This document shows positions 40,228 to 53,941 of a DNA stretch of 64,000 nucleotides, piece by piece. The translations under genes and the position numbers were made by a program. Every line of letters starts with the position of its first letter. Within the stretch, counting starts at the first letter, position 1. Origin of the DNA: Paramecium tetraurelia (lineage: Eukaryota); assembly GCA_000165425.1 (NCBI GenBank), contig CT868141.1:372001-436000 (forward strand), written 5' to 3'. The notes beneath the pieces were generated by a model. That model did no database searches. It was not told the origin of the DNA and saw nothing but the letters and a program-made list of their open reading frames with translations.

Positions 40228-41409
40228 ATGCCGAAATAAACAAAAAGTGCCAAAACACAACAAAATCAAGAATAATAAGAAACCTAAACAAAATACATTA
40301 GATCATCTAAAATTGAAGAAATCGAGAAAAAATGTTCTGATTACAAAAAAATCTAAGAACAAATTTAAGAATTAGGGTTTCCTGTGAATCCAGCCTCTGA
40401 TTAATTCATAAAGGAAATTATTGAGAAATAGGATGAAGTCTAATTAGGTAAATATTTAGCTTCTCACTATTGGGGAAAGCAATCTGACTTGCTAACCAAG
40501 ATTAATGAAAAATTAGTAGAACACGGTTTTTAAGTCACAGACGACCTACAATGTGAGCAGATTATCACCATTAATATCAATAACAACAATATAGGAAAGA
40601 AATATGATTATAAAAAATTGTTTGAATTAAAAGACACTGCTTGTCCCTCACAATTATTAAGTGTGGATCATTATAGCAGTGAAATCATAACTAAATTTGT
40701 TGAACCAACTGATAATCCAGAATTACTATAACTATTGACAATCAGGAAGAACATCTAAGATCTACTAAACAAGTTGGATAAAATTAGAATATTTTCAAAT
40801 AAATTATCGAATATTAAATCTTAGTCTGCTGAAGATAAGCTGTTGAAATAATTTGACAATTTAGAAAAGGATTATTACCTTGTTAAAAACACTTAATTCA
40901 ACTTTGATAAACTATCCTAATAGAAAAAGACAAAGACTTCAAAGAAAAAAGGAAACCCTAATGAAGGTGACAATAATCAAGAAGACAAAGATCATAACCA
41001 AGATGAACAAGGTTAAAAAGACAATGATTAGCCAGATCACAATTAGCTAAATACTAATCAAGAAGAATAAAAATAATCAAATAAAGGAAAATAAAAAAAA
41101 TCTAAATAAAGTAAACCAAAGAATAAAGAACAAGCACCTGAAAATCAAGACGGAGAATAAAATGCTGAAAAGCCATAAAACAAAAAAGAAAAGAAGGCCA
41201 AAAAGTCAGAAGCTAAATAAGAAAAAATCACTGAAAATCAAGAAGAAGTAAAATAAAGTAAAATTAAAGTTAAAAAAACAGGGGATTAACAAAGTAGCAC
41301 AAAAAAGGAAACAAAACCAAAAATTAAAAAAACAAATACTTCATAGTAAGTATAGGAAGATCCTAAATAAAAAAAATTAGATTAGTTTTTTAAAAAGAAA
41401 ACTTAATGA
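40228..41409 (+). CDS. Hypothetical protein with K/Q/E-rich disordered tail and a C-terminal PIP box
   Basis: Intronless ORF of about 393 aa ending DPKQKKLDQFFKKKTQ then TGA. Confidence 0.75.
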
Positions 41410-42786
41410 TTTATTAGATATTAAAATTAAAAGACATTCTATTTTTCATATTAAACCATCTTATTTTTTTTTAATAATAGAATTTTTAAGTATAGTTTAA
41501 TATACTCTATTGTAATAAGTTGAAAACAATAATAAAGAGTTAAATTAATAATGTTTTACATATATTATAAATTTAGTAATTAAAATTTATCAACTCTTTT
41601 TCGATGATTCTTACCATTCTCTAAACTTAGGATTCTCCTATAATTTTTCCATATGATATTTAGTTAGCTGTTATTTATTTTACTCGAACTCTGATGGAGA
41701 CTATTTTATATAGCTTTGTTCGTATATTGACTTCTATTGAGTACACTGCTTAAATCTAAAGCTATTTATTAATTTACTTAATAAGCTAGAAAGTTAGAAC
41801 CAAAAAAATTGAAATAAATATTAGAGTCTCAACAATAATCTCATTCTATTAGTCTTCGAAGAAGAAAAACAATGACATCCAAAATTGAGGTTTGCTGATT
41901 TAAATTAATTAATAAAAATCAGATGTAATTTTGCTTTAATCCTAAATAATTTATAAGTTTGGCGGGACTGGTATTTAAATTATAATACTTATTTAATTCT
42001 TAATTATTACATTAATTTATAATTATTTTTTATACTATTCTTGTTTGATTATAATGAAATTTTCAGAAAGGTTTAGTCAACAATCACAGATTACAAAATC
42101 CTTATTATCAAATTTGCTTTAAGCCTTTTTTGAGAAGAGTATGAGCATAATAATAATTTTTTTTTCAATTATATTTATACTCATTTCAGAATTCATCATA
42201 TTGTGAGTTATAAATGTATTTTAATTATGGAAAATCGATCATATTTTACTAACTAATTAAATCATTATAAATGAAAAAGGAAGGTTAAATTTATATTAAA
42301 AAAGGAACAAGATTTTGAGACAGCTCAGAAATAAAATATAATTCATTTTTTTACTCAATATAGGAAAAATACAAAGTTATGATTAAAAATTAAAATATAA
42401 AGATTAAGTTATAGATTGAACCTACATTTAATGAATAAGTTGATAATTGAAGAATAAATTTATTAAAACTCCTTCTTATTATAAATTTTAATAATAATAA
42501 TAATGATGATGTCATAAACTTTTTAACTATTCACTCAATTTCTAGTTTTGTACTTAAGTCATCGAAATCCTTCTGTTATTGTCCAGAGTTACTAAGCTAA
42601 ATATTCTAACTCATTAAGTTAATTTTATATTGCTATTATAATCCTTAATATTTTAAGATAACCATATTATCTGTATCAAATGCATAAAGAGTAGTTATTT
42701 CAAAAGAGATCTTATAAGTTCTTGAATGATTACACCTTGTAAAAGTAAATAAATGTAAATTTATAATGATGATGATATTGTGCAAA

Positions 42787-43492
42787 TCAATAAAAATTCA
42801 AATCAACATCTGCATTGCAGACAGTTTGATCTCCGTTATATTATTTTATGTTAGGAGTAGTCCACCCACCAAATGAATATTTAGCATAATCAGAAAATGA
42901 TGGGCTATTGTCATAATGAGCATACCAAAGAGGTAATGACGTAAATTTAGCACATGCTGAAGCTGATCCAAAAATAGTTTCCCATTAGTATTTGCTAGAA
43001 TAAATACCTGTGAGCTTTCCTTTGTTTTTAAAGGTTGTGATCAAATCATTCAAGAAATTGCAATTTCCGGTGTAATCAGAGCTGCTCCATCCACAGCCAG
43101 TACTTGGGTTGGTTTCAACATCCACCCAGATAGTTCCATATAATCCATTGGTTGAGTTCTCTTCTTCTTGTCCGAATGCACTAATAAAATCAGAGACCTA
43201 CTAAGCGGCTGTGATTTCTAGGAAATGTAAATTCTCATAAATTACTTCCTTTGCATGGGAAGAAATATGCATCTGTGATTAATCCTGCGGCTTATGCATT
43301 TTTCATGTTGGTGGCACCATTTGGATCAACTGCTCCATAACTTCTATATCCACGAATGATGGCAAATTGATAACCTGCATTTTTGAAACAAGTAAAATTA
43401 TTAAAGGCGTCAGCTATATCTATGCCTTTAACGGCTAATGTGGATGTAATTAAGCAACTGATGATGCAAAGAGTGATGATTTTTTATTACAT
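42787..43492 (-). CDS. Secreted glycoside hydrolase family 25 lysozyme (protist type)
   Basis: Signal peptide, [29 protein letters not shown] (DxE), [15 protein letters not shown] and [12 protein letters not shown]; one intron. Confidence 0.92.
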
Positions 43493-43988
43493 TGTAAAAA
43501 ATTAATTGATGAAATCATATAATACATCTTTAGTGAAAGTTTAACAAAATAGTTCCAAGTTTATCTAAACAGGTCCAAGTCATCTGCGCTATTCTTTTTC
43601 CTTGGCTCTTGTTGACAAACACAGCCATTATTATGAACCATAAGCTTAGTATTCTGATAGCATTAAGGAATGGGCACATTTGTAATTTTATTTATGAACC
43701 CTTAATTTCTTTAATTTGTTTAAAAACAATAATTTTATGGAGTTTAGACCGTATAATTTGTATACCAATCTATATATATCTTCAAGTGGAGCTTATTATA
43801 ATGAAAAATTGCAGAAAATGTTAATTTTCAATGAATTCCCATTAATATAAAAACTCTCCTTCAAATAAAGGATGAATTTTAACTTAAAAACTAGAGAAAT
43901 CTTATTAGATGCATATATTCTAATAGTATAATCAGAATTAAAAATAATTGTTTCATTTGAATTAGGCATTTTATAATAATGAAATAAC

Positions 43989-46693
43989 ATGCCAATAACT
44001 ATTTTGTCAAGAAAATGGCCAAACCAATTTCATAAGTAAGTACAAATTCGGCAGTTACAAGATCAAATGAATTGAAGCCAACTTCCTATTTAACCTTTAC
44101 CAGAAGTAAACATCGAAGAAAGAATGAGACAACTATAAAATTGCCTGAGTTGCAGCCCAGTTCTGCTCGTGCTAAAACTGAATAGGATTAAATAGCCTAA
44201 AATGAATTCAAAAAATCAATAGTCATTATTAGTAGAAAGCCAAGTGCTACATTAATTTCTCAAAGAATAAAAACATCGCCCTCCATCCAACTTTGGGAAC
44301 CAGAGTATGTAATAAAACCACTAGCCGAGGAAGTCTAAGTATTAACTCCAAAATTCTATGATGTTCTTTGCGAAGAGTTGGTATTAAGTTAAAAGTAGTC
44401 CAAAATCAAGGAGAAAAACCATATATTTTGTAAGACCAAATTAAATGAATATGACAAGTTTTAAGATAAAAGCTCTAGGATGATCAGAAAGATTATTCAA
44501 CTACTTAAAACTCATAGAGAAAGAAACGAGGAAAGAGAATTGAAAAGCAAAACTATGATTGAAACTTAAATGGCCAAATCTAACATTTTTTTCCATGCTC
44601 AAACATATTATTTACCGGAATAACCTCATTTTAATCAGAGAGAACTCCTCTTTCAATAATAATTGTCAGTCATACCAAAAAGACATACAAAATATAGTTC
44701 ATAATTAACATTAACTCATTAAGCTGAATCATTTAAACCAATGAAAAGTTTAATTGAAGAAATCAAAGAAAAATAATAAGATCCCATTAAGTAAGCATCA
44801 ATTTGTCTTGTATCTCCTAATTGTCAATAAAATAACCAGAAAAAAATTAAGTTAGTAATAGAGTGCGCAGAAGAATAGAAATATAAATAGTTTGAATTTT
44901 TTGCCCCTGAATATATGGAATAGGATTAATTAGTTTCAGTTTAATTAATCAATAATGTAGTAGAATCTAAAGATACAAAATAATCAAATATCTACTCTTT
45001 AGTCTCTAAAAATATGTTTAGCAAGTAATCTATCTAATTAAATTAGAAAAATGAATTAAATTTAGAATCTTAATGGGTCAACATTAGATGAGTTTAACTC
45101 TGATAAAGCAACCTAATTCACAAGATACTATTTGTAAAATTATGTGTTAAAATGCATAAATTAAAAGAAAATAAAAGACAAAAAAGATTCAAAACCTTCA
45201 TTGAACATACTGAAATAAGATACGAAACTAGAACCATAAATCTTTGTTTCGAAATTCCCTCTGGATTGCTCTATTATTGTAATTATTAATTATAGTTAAG
45301 AAAGACTTTTAAACCACTTAGTTTGTTGAAATTCATTCTGAGATTTACAGATGTATTGAGCCATTTGATTCATAAGATTCTAGTATGATTTCTGACAATA
45401 GTTTCCTCAATGATAAAAGCAATATTGATTTTTCAACAGATTAGGGATATAAACTAAAACTACTACTTACATCAAATTTAATTGATCCTCGTGTAATCTA
45501 AGAAAACTTAATCAAATTTGTTATATCAACGATTTCTGATGAATCTAAAAATGTTTTACTTCATCAAGAAATAATGGCTTTTGCAAATTAAGTTGAATAA
45601 GTCATTCATATAGATTATGATTTGCCACATCAACCACGTAAATCAACAACATATATATTTAGATTTGGAAGCTTTAAATCGACTCTTCCTTAGAATTAAT
45701 AAAAACGATAGAAAAAAATTTCTGAAATCTTTTTTAAAGAAATTTGATCTTATTAGTATTGGATATTTTGAAGATTGCTTTAAGCATCAACTCAAAAATT
45801 AGGAGAGAAAATTTGTTAAATTGTGTTATCAATAATAAAGTAATAGTTTAACTGACAATACTTCCCTAAAATATTCCAATATGCTAAAATCTAGACATCA
45901 TAGAGAAACTACAGTGGAAACTATTCCCATATAACAGACAAACTTGATGATATTATCTCTACCTCCTGCTCCTGTCAAAAGTAGATCAGAATCTCCTTCA
46001 AATCTTGTATTTATTTATAATCTATAATTAAGAGCGACTCTAGAACATAGAAAAACAGTCGTTAAAATTAATAAGTTCTCATTAAAAACATTTTTAAAAG
46101 TATATAATGTTATTAATTAAATTTTAGAACAGTCATAAAGATTTTTGCAAGTATAAACATCTTCAAAGTTTTAATTACAGTAATAAACTCCTCAAGTATA
46201 AAAACTCTCAATCGTTAAAGAAAAAGAATAATAAAATATCAATAAATAGAATTAGAAAATAAGTTTGAATTCAATTTAAAATAATCTGAAATATTTATCA
46301 ATGGACCCATAATCATTACTATTAAGAAATATGATGATTTAGAAAACAAAGAATGATGATAAAACTTTATATGAAAGAATATTTCTGATGGTTTGTGAAC
46401 ATCGACTTTAGGATTTAAAAGAAATTCTTAAGTTAGAAACATCAATTGATTTAAATTTCTAAAATGATGATGGTGACACAATGCTAATTTCAGCATCTCA
46501 ATGTGGAGCTGCCTCAATTGTAGAATTTTTAATAAAAAATGGTGCTGATGTTTCAATTCAAAATGTATGATCTTATTTCTAAATTATATAGTATAATGGA
46601 TAAACAGCCATGGATGTAGCATTAAAAAACTATCAATTCTAAACTGCAGATATCATATTTAAGTATCTTTATCCAGATAATAAAAATTTATGA
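43989..46693 (+). CDS. Large protein with C-terminal ankyrin repeats
   Basis: Long low-complexity body, then GDTMLISASQCGAASIVEFLIKNGADV and GQTAMDVA. Confidence 0.75.
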
Positions 46694-46717
46694 GCACATT
46701 GATTTTATGTAAATAAT

Positions 46718-48470
46718 TCACTTTGGAGTCAGATATTTAGCTTTAGAATATATCTTTATTGGTTATAAGAAAGACTGATATTATTAATGTTTAATTGTTC
46801 CACTGGCCATCAATGAATTCAACAGTTAATCTGAACGCCCACATTGTAGTAATAATAAAGCATTTCTCAAACTTTAATTACTTTGTTTTTTCCATTTTAA
46901 AATCTCATTCAATTCTAATTCCTCCTTTTCTTATGTTTGATATCTCTTTTGTTTATTTGGGGAAGTGAATTATTCATTTTATTATAATTTTTAATCTCCA
47001 GAACATACTTGGACATAATCTATGGGTTTTAAAGTCAAACGTTCAATAGATTTGTTATGTTGTTTTTTGATTGAATAATTATTTTATTTAATATGTTCAG
47101 TATTATTACTATTATCCCCAATTGCATCTTCTACTTTTCTATTTTCTGGAGCATATTGTGATCTTCTGAATTTATAATTCTTCCTCTAACCTTACATCTC
47201 TATACTACTGCTTAATTAATCAGAGATTTAAATTTTTTTATCTTCCTCCTTAGATTGACTATCTAGCTATTTAAGCTTAGGATTCTTTGGTGCTTGATAG
47301 CTTTAATGTTAATTAGTATCAACTTTGAAGCTATCCTCTAAAGTGTACTGAGTCAAAGATCTAAAATTTTATTAATCCTTGATCATTTTTTAATTATTCT
47401 ATTGAAAATTAAGGGAATCATCACATTATTCAGGAATGATTTAGTTCTACCTAGCTTTGTTCACTTAATTAAAAATCATAGTGTTCAAATTTTTGATTCT
47501 ATTTTTTAATTTCTATTATCGGTCTGAAACTCTAATTTTTTCATGTTCACAAAAAGATTCATTTTTGCTGGCTCTCTTAATTGATTATTGCAGTGATTTA
47601 TTTCTATCAGTATCATTTGAATTTAAACTATTGAGCATACTAATCTTTTCTGTGTCTATGTTAATTTAACTTAAGCTAGTTTAGATTTTAGCCGGTTTAA
47701 TAGATTTAATCTAATTTTCTGTGAATAAGCATTCTCTTAATTTTTCTAGAAATATCGATTTCAATTTATCATTTTCATTGTAGTTATAATCTAATAATTT
47801 AATCTACGAGTAGTAAGTTTTGATTGTTTATTAAATTTGGGAATTTCTTTGCATTAATTTATTAAATTTGTATTCGTAAGTGCTGGATAAGGTGTCATAA
47901 TTTATAATTGGTTGTATTAGTTGTGGGTTGATTAATTGAAATTGTGGTACATCTTGAATTGAAAAGATTGATATTTCTCTTAGAGGGCGAGTGTTGGGTT
48001 TCAATTCAAGGAGTTTAAGATTGAGGATCGAGTAAGGTTGTTGATAATCTGGGTTCCTCTGGTTGAAATACTTTGATTGTAGGAGTGAGATGTAATCAAA
48101 ATCAAGTTTATTGTTAACAATTTTTGGCTACAGAGGTTCTTCTGAGAGTCGAATAGAGAGAGAGGTGACTAGTCGTAACTATTATAGGGATTCACTTCTA
48201 CCCTTTGTTATTTAAAGACTTCTTCGAGTGTTACTCCTCCATAATTTATTTACTTTAAGCTTTGAGTGAACTTCAAGTGATCTCGAAATTGTAAGGCTGA
48301 ATTAACAGGAAAATACATTTTATAATAGGAGAATGTCAAATTTACTATCTAGACAAAAGAATTCTAAAAATAATCTAAGTCCCATTAAGGCCATCTCTCA
48401 GTTTTCAATATAGTATTTTCAACCTTCTAATTGACTTAGTCAATTTCCAAAATGAGCTCATTTTAATCAT
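46718..48470 (-). CDS. Hypothetical Q/K-rich protein
   Basis: MIKMSSFWKL.. long reading frame on the minus strand under the ciliate code. Confidence 0.55.
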
Positions 48471-48606
48471 TGAGTTACATTTTGGACAAGAGAATTAAAT
48501 GTTCTCTTTTGACAAAAAGTGAGACGATCTTGTTTTTCATTTTCATTTGCTTTTTTTATCAAAATTGTATAAATTTTATATATAAACATCATAATGTATT
48601 TATAAT

Positions 48607-49350
48607 TCATATTTTCTCTATTTATTTTTCATTAACGATGAAGCTGGAATCCTCACTTATATAGAGAAGAGTATCTTTGATGGATTTTGCATAGTCGATG
48701 AGTATATCAAAGTCCGAAATTACTCTAGACATCTTGACATCTTAACCATATATGAGTTTATAAGTCGATTCTATTGCCAATTATTGATTTTCCATATTCT
48801 TATCTCCAACATTGTAAAAGTATTCAAGAGGAATGTGTTGATCCACTTAATGAAATTTGTCATTAATGAGTCCATTTTCTGTGCTCAAAAGATCACATAT
48901 AACCTTTATTTTTTATAAGTTGTTACTTGAGCTTAGATCTCCCAATTCTTCTCCAAACCGACAACATATATTCCACTAATTTAATGAGGATCATCCGAGA
49001 GGGCAATATTGATTCCCTTTTGTAATAATGATTATTCAATTCCATTGATCTCAGTGTGGATCTTGTTGTGATATAGTCCAAGTAATTGAGGATAGAGAGT
49101 TGTATATTCAAACAATGTGAACGAATTCTAAATTGGATGTGACTTACCTATGATCAATATTGGATTTTTTGCATATTTTGCTCTTGCTTAAACATAACTA
49201 AATTTCGAAATGGCATTAACATCATGTGTGATATTGAAGTTGAATTCGATTGAATTAGAAATGAACAATTTTGCATTCTGAATTTCAGTATACTTGGAAG
49301 CTACTCTTTAATCTAAAATGATATTTTTGAATTATTTCCACATAATATTA
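48607..49350 (-). CDS. Hypothetical protein, start codon unresolved
   Basis: Coding-like frame IIILCGNNSKNIILDQRVASKY.. through ..SDFDILIDYAKSIKDTLLY; short introns. Confidence 0.45.
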
Positions 49351-49362
49351 TTATATGAATAA

Positions 49363-50379
49363 ATGCATCTAATGGATAAAGCATTTGCTGAGTAAATGCA
49401 TATCTATTTTTCAATATTCGAAAATCAAAAGCTCAGACCAGAATTATCAAATGTCATAGTTTAGTTAGGTCGAGTTAAATCCAGACAAAGAGATTAAAAA
49501 TAATTTGAAGGTAGAACTAAAGAATGAAAGTAAAGCAAATTGTCATTGATAAATTAGACTATGAAACAGAATTGGCCACATAGGATTTAGAAACCAAACT
49601 TTAATCTTAAAATTAGAAGTTGTTGGAAAAATCCAATGATTTTGACATCCAAGAAAATCAAATTAATCTAAGTCAAGCTAGAGAGTTCATTCAGAATATT
49701 CCAAACTTGGATCCAAAAAATGTTGAAAGCCTAACAGAAATTGGGATCCAAGCTGTAGAAATATTTAAAACTTAACTTGAAGATTGTGAAGGCTATGAAC
49801 TGCTTGAGAATAATCAAGATGAATTTGTTTTTTGGATTAGATATTATGAAACACCCGAAAAGTTTCAAATTACCTAAATGAGATATAAGTTCACACTCAA
49901 CACAACAATTTAAAATTACATTTCGTTTATGAGAGACCTACAACTCCAGAAGTAACTAGATTCATCAGTGGATTAGTTTGAATCTCATTATTCAGATGAA
50001 GGATTACAAATCAATTACTTGAGATATAAGAAAATACTTTTTATGGACCCAAGAGATTTTCTATATATCAAATACACAAAATTTATTGACGAAGATACTG
50101 TGATTGAAATCAGTAAATCATTTGAGAATCAAGACTTTCAACCATAGTATCTTAATATTTTTACATAGTGTGCCCTCGACCAAATCAACTACACGAGCCA
50201 TTCTGCTTTTGAGTGGAAATTTGATAAAATAAGTGGAACCAAATAAAATTGAAATTTTAACATTCTCTGAATGCAATATGAAGTTAAAATTAAAACCAGC
50301 CATGACTAAAACAGCCAGCAAAAATGAAATTAAGAAATTGATAAAAAAATATCGTGATCATTTTAATTCAATTTAATGA
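49363..50379 (+). CDS. START domain lipid-binding protein
   Basis: INYLRYKKILFMDPRDFLYIK, VIEISKS..PSTKSTTRAILLLSGNLI and a terminal helix. Confidence 0.8.
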
Positions 50380-50546
50380 TTATATATAATTAAACTTTTC
50401 TCATTCTTTTTATCTACAATTCATCTAGAGAATAAAGAAGACAAATATTGTATTCTACAAGTCTTAAAATTCAATCAATTATTTGAAGCTACAAATTATA
50501 AATTTATTGCATAATCTTAACTTAAATTAATTTATTTACTCGTTAA

Positions 50547-51118
50547 ATGAACCTAGATTAAGCATTCACATTCGGATAGGATTGTTATAATCAAGATTTA
50601 GCCAATCCATCTAAGCATCCCAGAATCAGTAAAAAATCACCTTTTTATTCTATTGTCAAACCAACTACGTAATTTTGTCACAATAACCAAGATCATAAAA
50701 AAATTATCGAATAAAGGATCCGTCGGTCTAATAATTAACCTAGACAATTTAAAAGAATACTAATAAAGAGAATTACAATTCTCACTAATAAAATGTTGTC
50801 GTACCTAAACATACGCGAAATCCAACTGATCTTAATTTGATAAGATTTGACACATCGCCGAATTCGAAAATAGAAATCTCAAACAATTCAAGATCCAACA
50901 ACTAACCATAAGATCATTAAAGAAGACTTTCATTCAATACTCCCAATTAAACTATTAGAACTTCATTACCCCCTGTTAATAATACTGAAAAATATAAAAA
51001 GGTAGCCATGTCAATGAAAGAACTCATCTAAAAATAAAAATACTGCTATGAAATCGGAGATTATGAATAAATAGAGCTTATTTTTGAAAAACTTGATTTA
51101 CTTTGTGATTAACTTTGA
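50547..51118 (+). CDS. Hypothetical protein
   Basis: MNLDQAFTFGQDCYNQDLANPSKHPRISKK..; TGA at 51116-51118. Confidence 0.5.
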
Positions 51119-51763
51119 TAAATATATATTAATTAATTATACTAAAAATTATAATCTTAAATTTATTGTGATATCAAAGCAGACTATAATACTTATATTC
51201 TATAGAAAACCAAATATAAAACTTGTTAAATATTACAATAAGAACTGATTGGAAAATATAATCTTCAAATTCTAATGAAAATTTGAACCAAATATTCAAG
51301 TTGTTTAATTGAAAGAATAGAATTAAAGAAAAAAATTTAGTAACAACCCTATTTCGCTTGCAATCATGACAAAGTTAGGAAATACTGCTTTGAATACTCT
51401 TATAACATTGTTTTATTGGTAATATTAGGATAAAAATTTTATAACTTCTTGGGAAATACAACGAAATAAAATTAAGTAATTTGCTAACATTAACAATTTG
51501 CAGTATAAAATCAATGAGCAATTACTCAATATAAGATTTCTAACTAGATTTAAGTCAATGCAAAAAAGCCAAATTTTTATGGTCATTTAATTTTAAAAAT
51601 ATCAAATTTACCTTTTGAGTTTTATTGTATGATTGTCCATTCTAGGTATTCTGATTACTTAATTATTGATGTCCAAAATTCAAGATAAAATATTTTGTAG
51701 ATGATATTAATTTACTATATATTTTTTAGTGGTTTTATTCAATAAATTATAAAATTAACGACT

Positions 51764-53234
51764 ATGAGTAATGCTGCAGAAAAAATAAGTGATTTATTCA
51801 ATGTTTCCCTAAATGAACTTGAAACGAATATTGTTGCAAGTGCTGTCAAATTCAATTCATAACCTTAGCGTTTGCTTGATGTATAATTTATTATTATGTT
51901 GATTAGGAATTATAATAATCAGTTATGGATTTTAAGTCTAAATTTTATGATTCTCTACATAACTTATTATAATTTATAGCTTAATTTAATAATGGCAAGG
52001 ATATATTAAAGATAGCTCAATAAGTTGAAACAAACATAACAAAATTCAAATAATAATAACTTCTTGTGTAGATGAAAGTCGTGCTTAATAGCAAACTAAA
52101 AGCCTTATTAGAAACATTTTGCGGAGAAAATCAACAAAAATTTGAAGTATTAAATTTTATAAAAAAATATAGGTCTAAAATTAAATCAAACATCTTAAAG
52201 AATCATTGTTAAAGATTGAAACAACTCTAATGGAATAGTAATAGCTGACATCTACGCCCTAATAAAATTTTATAACACCATATCCAAAGAAAAATTTCAT
52301 CACTGCTTCCTCTTAAGATATCTTAACACCTAATTTAAGCGATGAAGCTGAAATGAGAGGAAAAGGTTTCTTCATCACTCCAGAAAACAGACAATAACAG
52401 CCAAGACAATTTGATCACTCCTAATAATAATATTCTTCAAATGAAAGTAACTCTGTTTAACAAAATAAAACATTAAATTCTTTCGACAAAGAAAAATCTG
52501 AAGATAAAACTGATTTACAAAGTCCATTTTTTGGATTACAATAAGATCATCCCAAATAACCAAAACTGTTTCAAAATGAAATAATGAATGATTATTTGCA
52601 AAGAGTTCCTCTCGAAGAAGGTCCTTAGGAATCACAATTATTGGATGAATCTAATCAATATTTTCACTAAGATTAAATAATTAAAACAACATAATAATAA
52701 CATTAGTAATAACCATTGTAATAATAATAATCGAATAAGATTCAATAAAAGCAGCAAGCATAACCTTAAATATAAACTCAATGGCAAAATTTATAACTAT
52801 AATAAACATTCTAACATATAGATTCGCTATAAACTACTAGAACTGAACAATTTGAAACTCAACCTAGAGTATCAACCCCTAAAGAAAATTAGATATAAAC
52901 TCGAAATTAATCAGTTGAACCTAATATCAGAGAGATTTCTTAATCACCTAATGGAAAAAGATTAATATAAACTTCGAAATCAAAGGAACCATTTTCAAGA
53001 TGTAGGTCATCATTGGAAACAACCAATCTACTTTAAAAGTTAAACTCAGCTGAGGCATCAAAGCCAACGAATAAACTTAATAAATCAAAATCAAATAAAG
53101 AAAATTAGGCTTAGCCTATGGTTAAGTGTTCAAAACCTAGTAAACCTCAAATTACTGTTTAAAAGCAAAAAAATTAAGTAGTTACTAGGCCTCAGTCATC
53201 TATAAATATAGTTAAAAAATAAAAGTCAAATTGA
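51764..53234 (+). CDS. Hypothetical protein with poly-Gln tract and S/K/P-rich tail
   Basis: MSNAAEKISDLFNVSLNELETNIV..; Gln tract coded by TAA/TAG/CAA near 52670-52820; short introns. Confidence 0.6.
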
Positions 53235-53279
53235 TTCCTTCTTTAATTGTTTAATATATATAATAAGGCATAATATTCA

Positions 53280-53929
53280 TAAACTTTGATCACATCATCA
53301 ATTTATATTGTTATTTTTTTTATATTCATCATAATTTAATTTACGTTGTGTTGCTGAATCAGCAAAGTAATAAATTGTTTCTATTCTTAAAGAAATTGCG
53401 GAAAACTTGAAAAATTCCGAATGAAAAAAATATAAAATTTAAATGTTAATACTTTTTATTTTTATACCCATCTTTTTTTGTTCTTTTTTCTATAAATCAA
53501 GTGCATATAAATCATCAAAATTTTTTTATATCAAAAATAATTTCAATACTGCTTTCTTTCTGTGTGATTTTTGGCTTACCAGTAACTTTGCTTTCCAGGT
53601 TCAATTTTTAAAAAAAAACATAGTATTAATTTTATTATGCTTAATCTCTTTCTTATATAAGTCCTGATATCTCTAAAACTTTTTCTTCGGGAAATAGACG
53701 AAACTTCAATTCACTTGATTCTTTCTATTTATATTTTTCCATCTTAATAATAATCTTTAAGGTTTTATCATCATACTTTTATTGGCCTTGATAATATTTA
53801 TTAATTACAAATAAATGTTTAGTTACTAAGGACTTTAGATAGTTCTTGATTCAAAAATTTATTTTCTTAAGCCAGCTTTTCATTTTCAATTTCTTATTTT
53901 ATTATTTCTTCATTTCTATTATTTGACAT
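53280..53929 (-). CDS. Possible small coiled-coil protein (3' end uncertain)
   Basis: MSNNRNEKIIKQEIENEKLAQENKFLNQELSKVL..; the downstream frame needs introns I could not fix. Confidence 0.3.
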
Positions 53930-53941
53930 TTATTTAATTTA

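Noticed and set aside
43500..43660. C/D-box snoRNA (TGATGA near 43507, CTGA near 43654)
   Set aside because: No terminal stem or recognisable rRNA-complementary guide; such short boxes are frequent by chance.
51275..51700. Small gene between the two hypothetical genes at 50547 and 51764
   Set aside because: The sequence looks coding-like, but I could not establish a consistent frame, start and stop.
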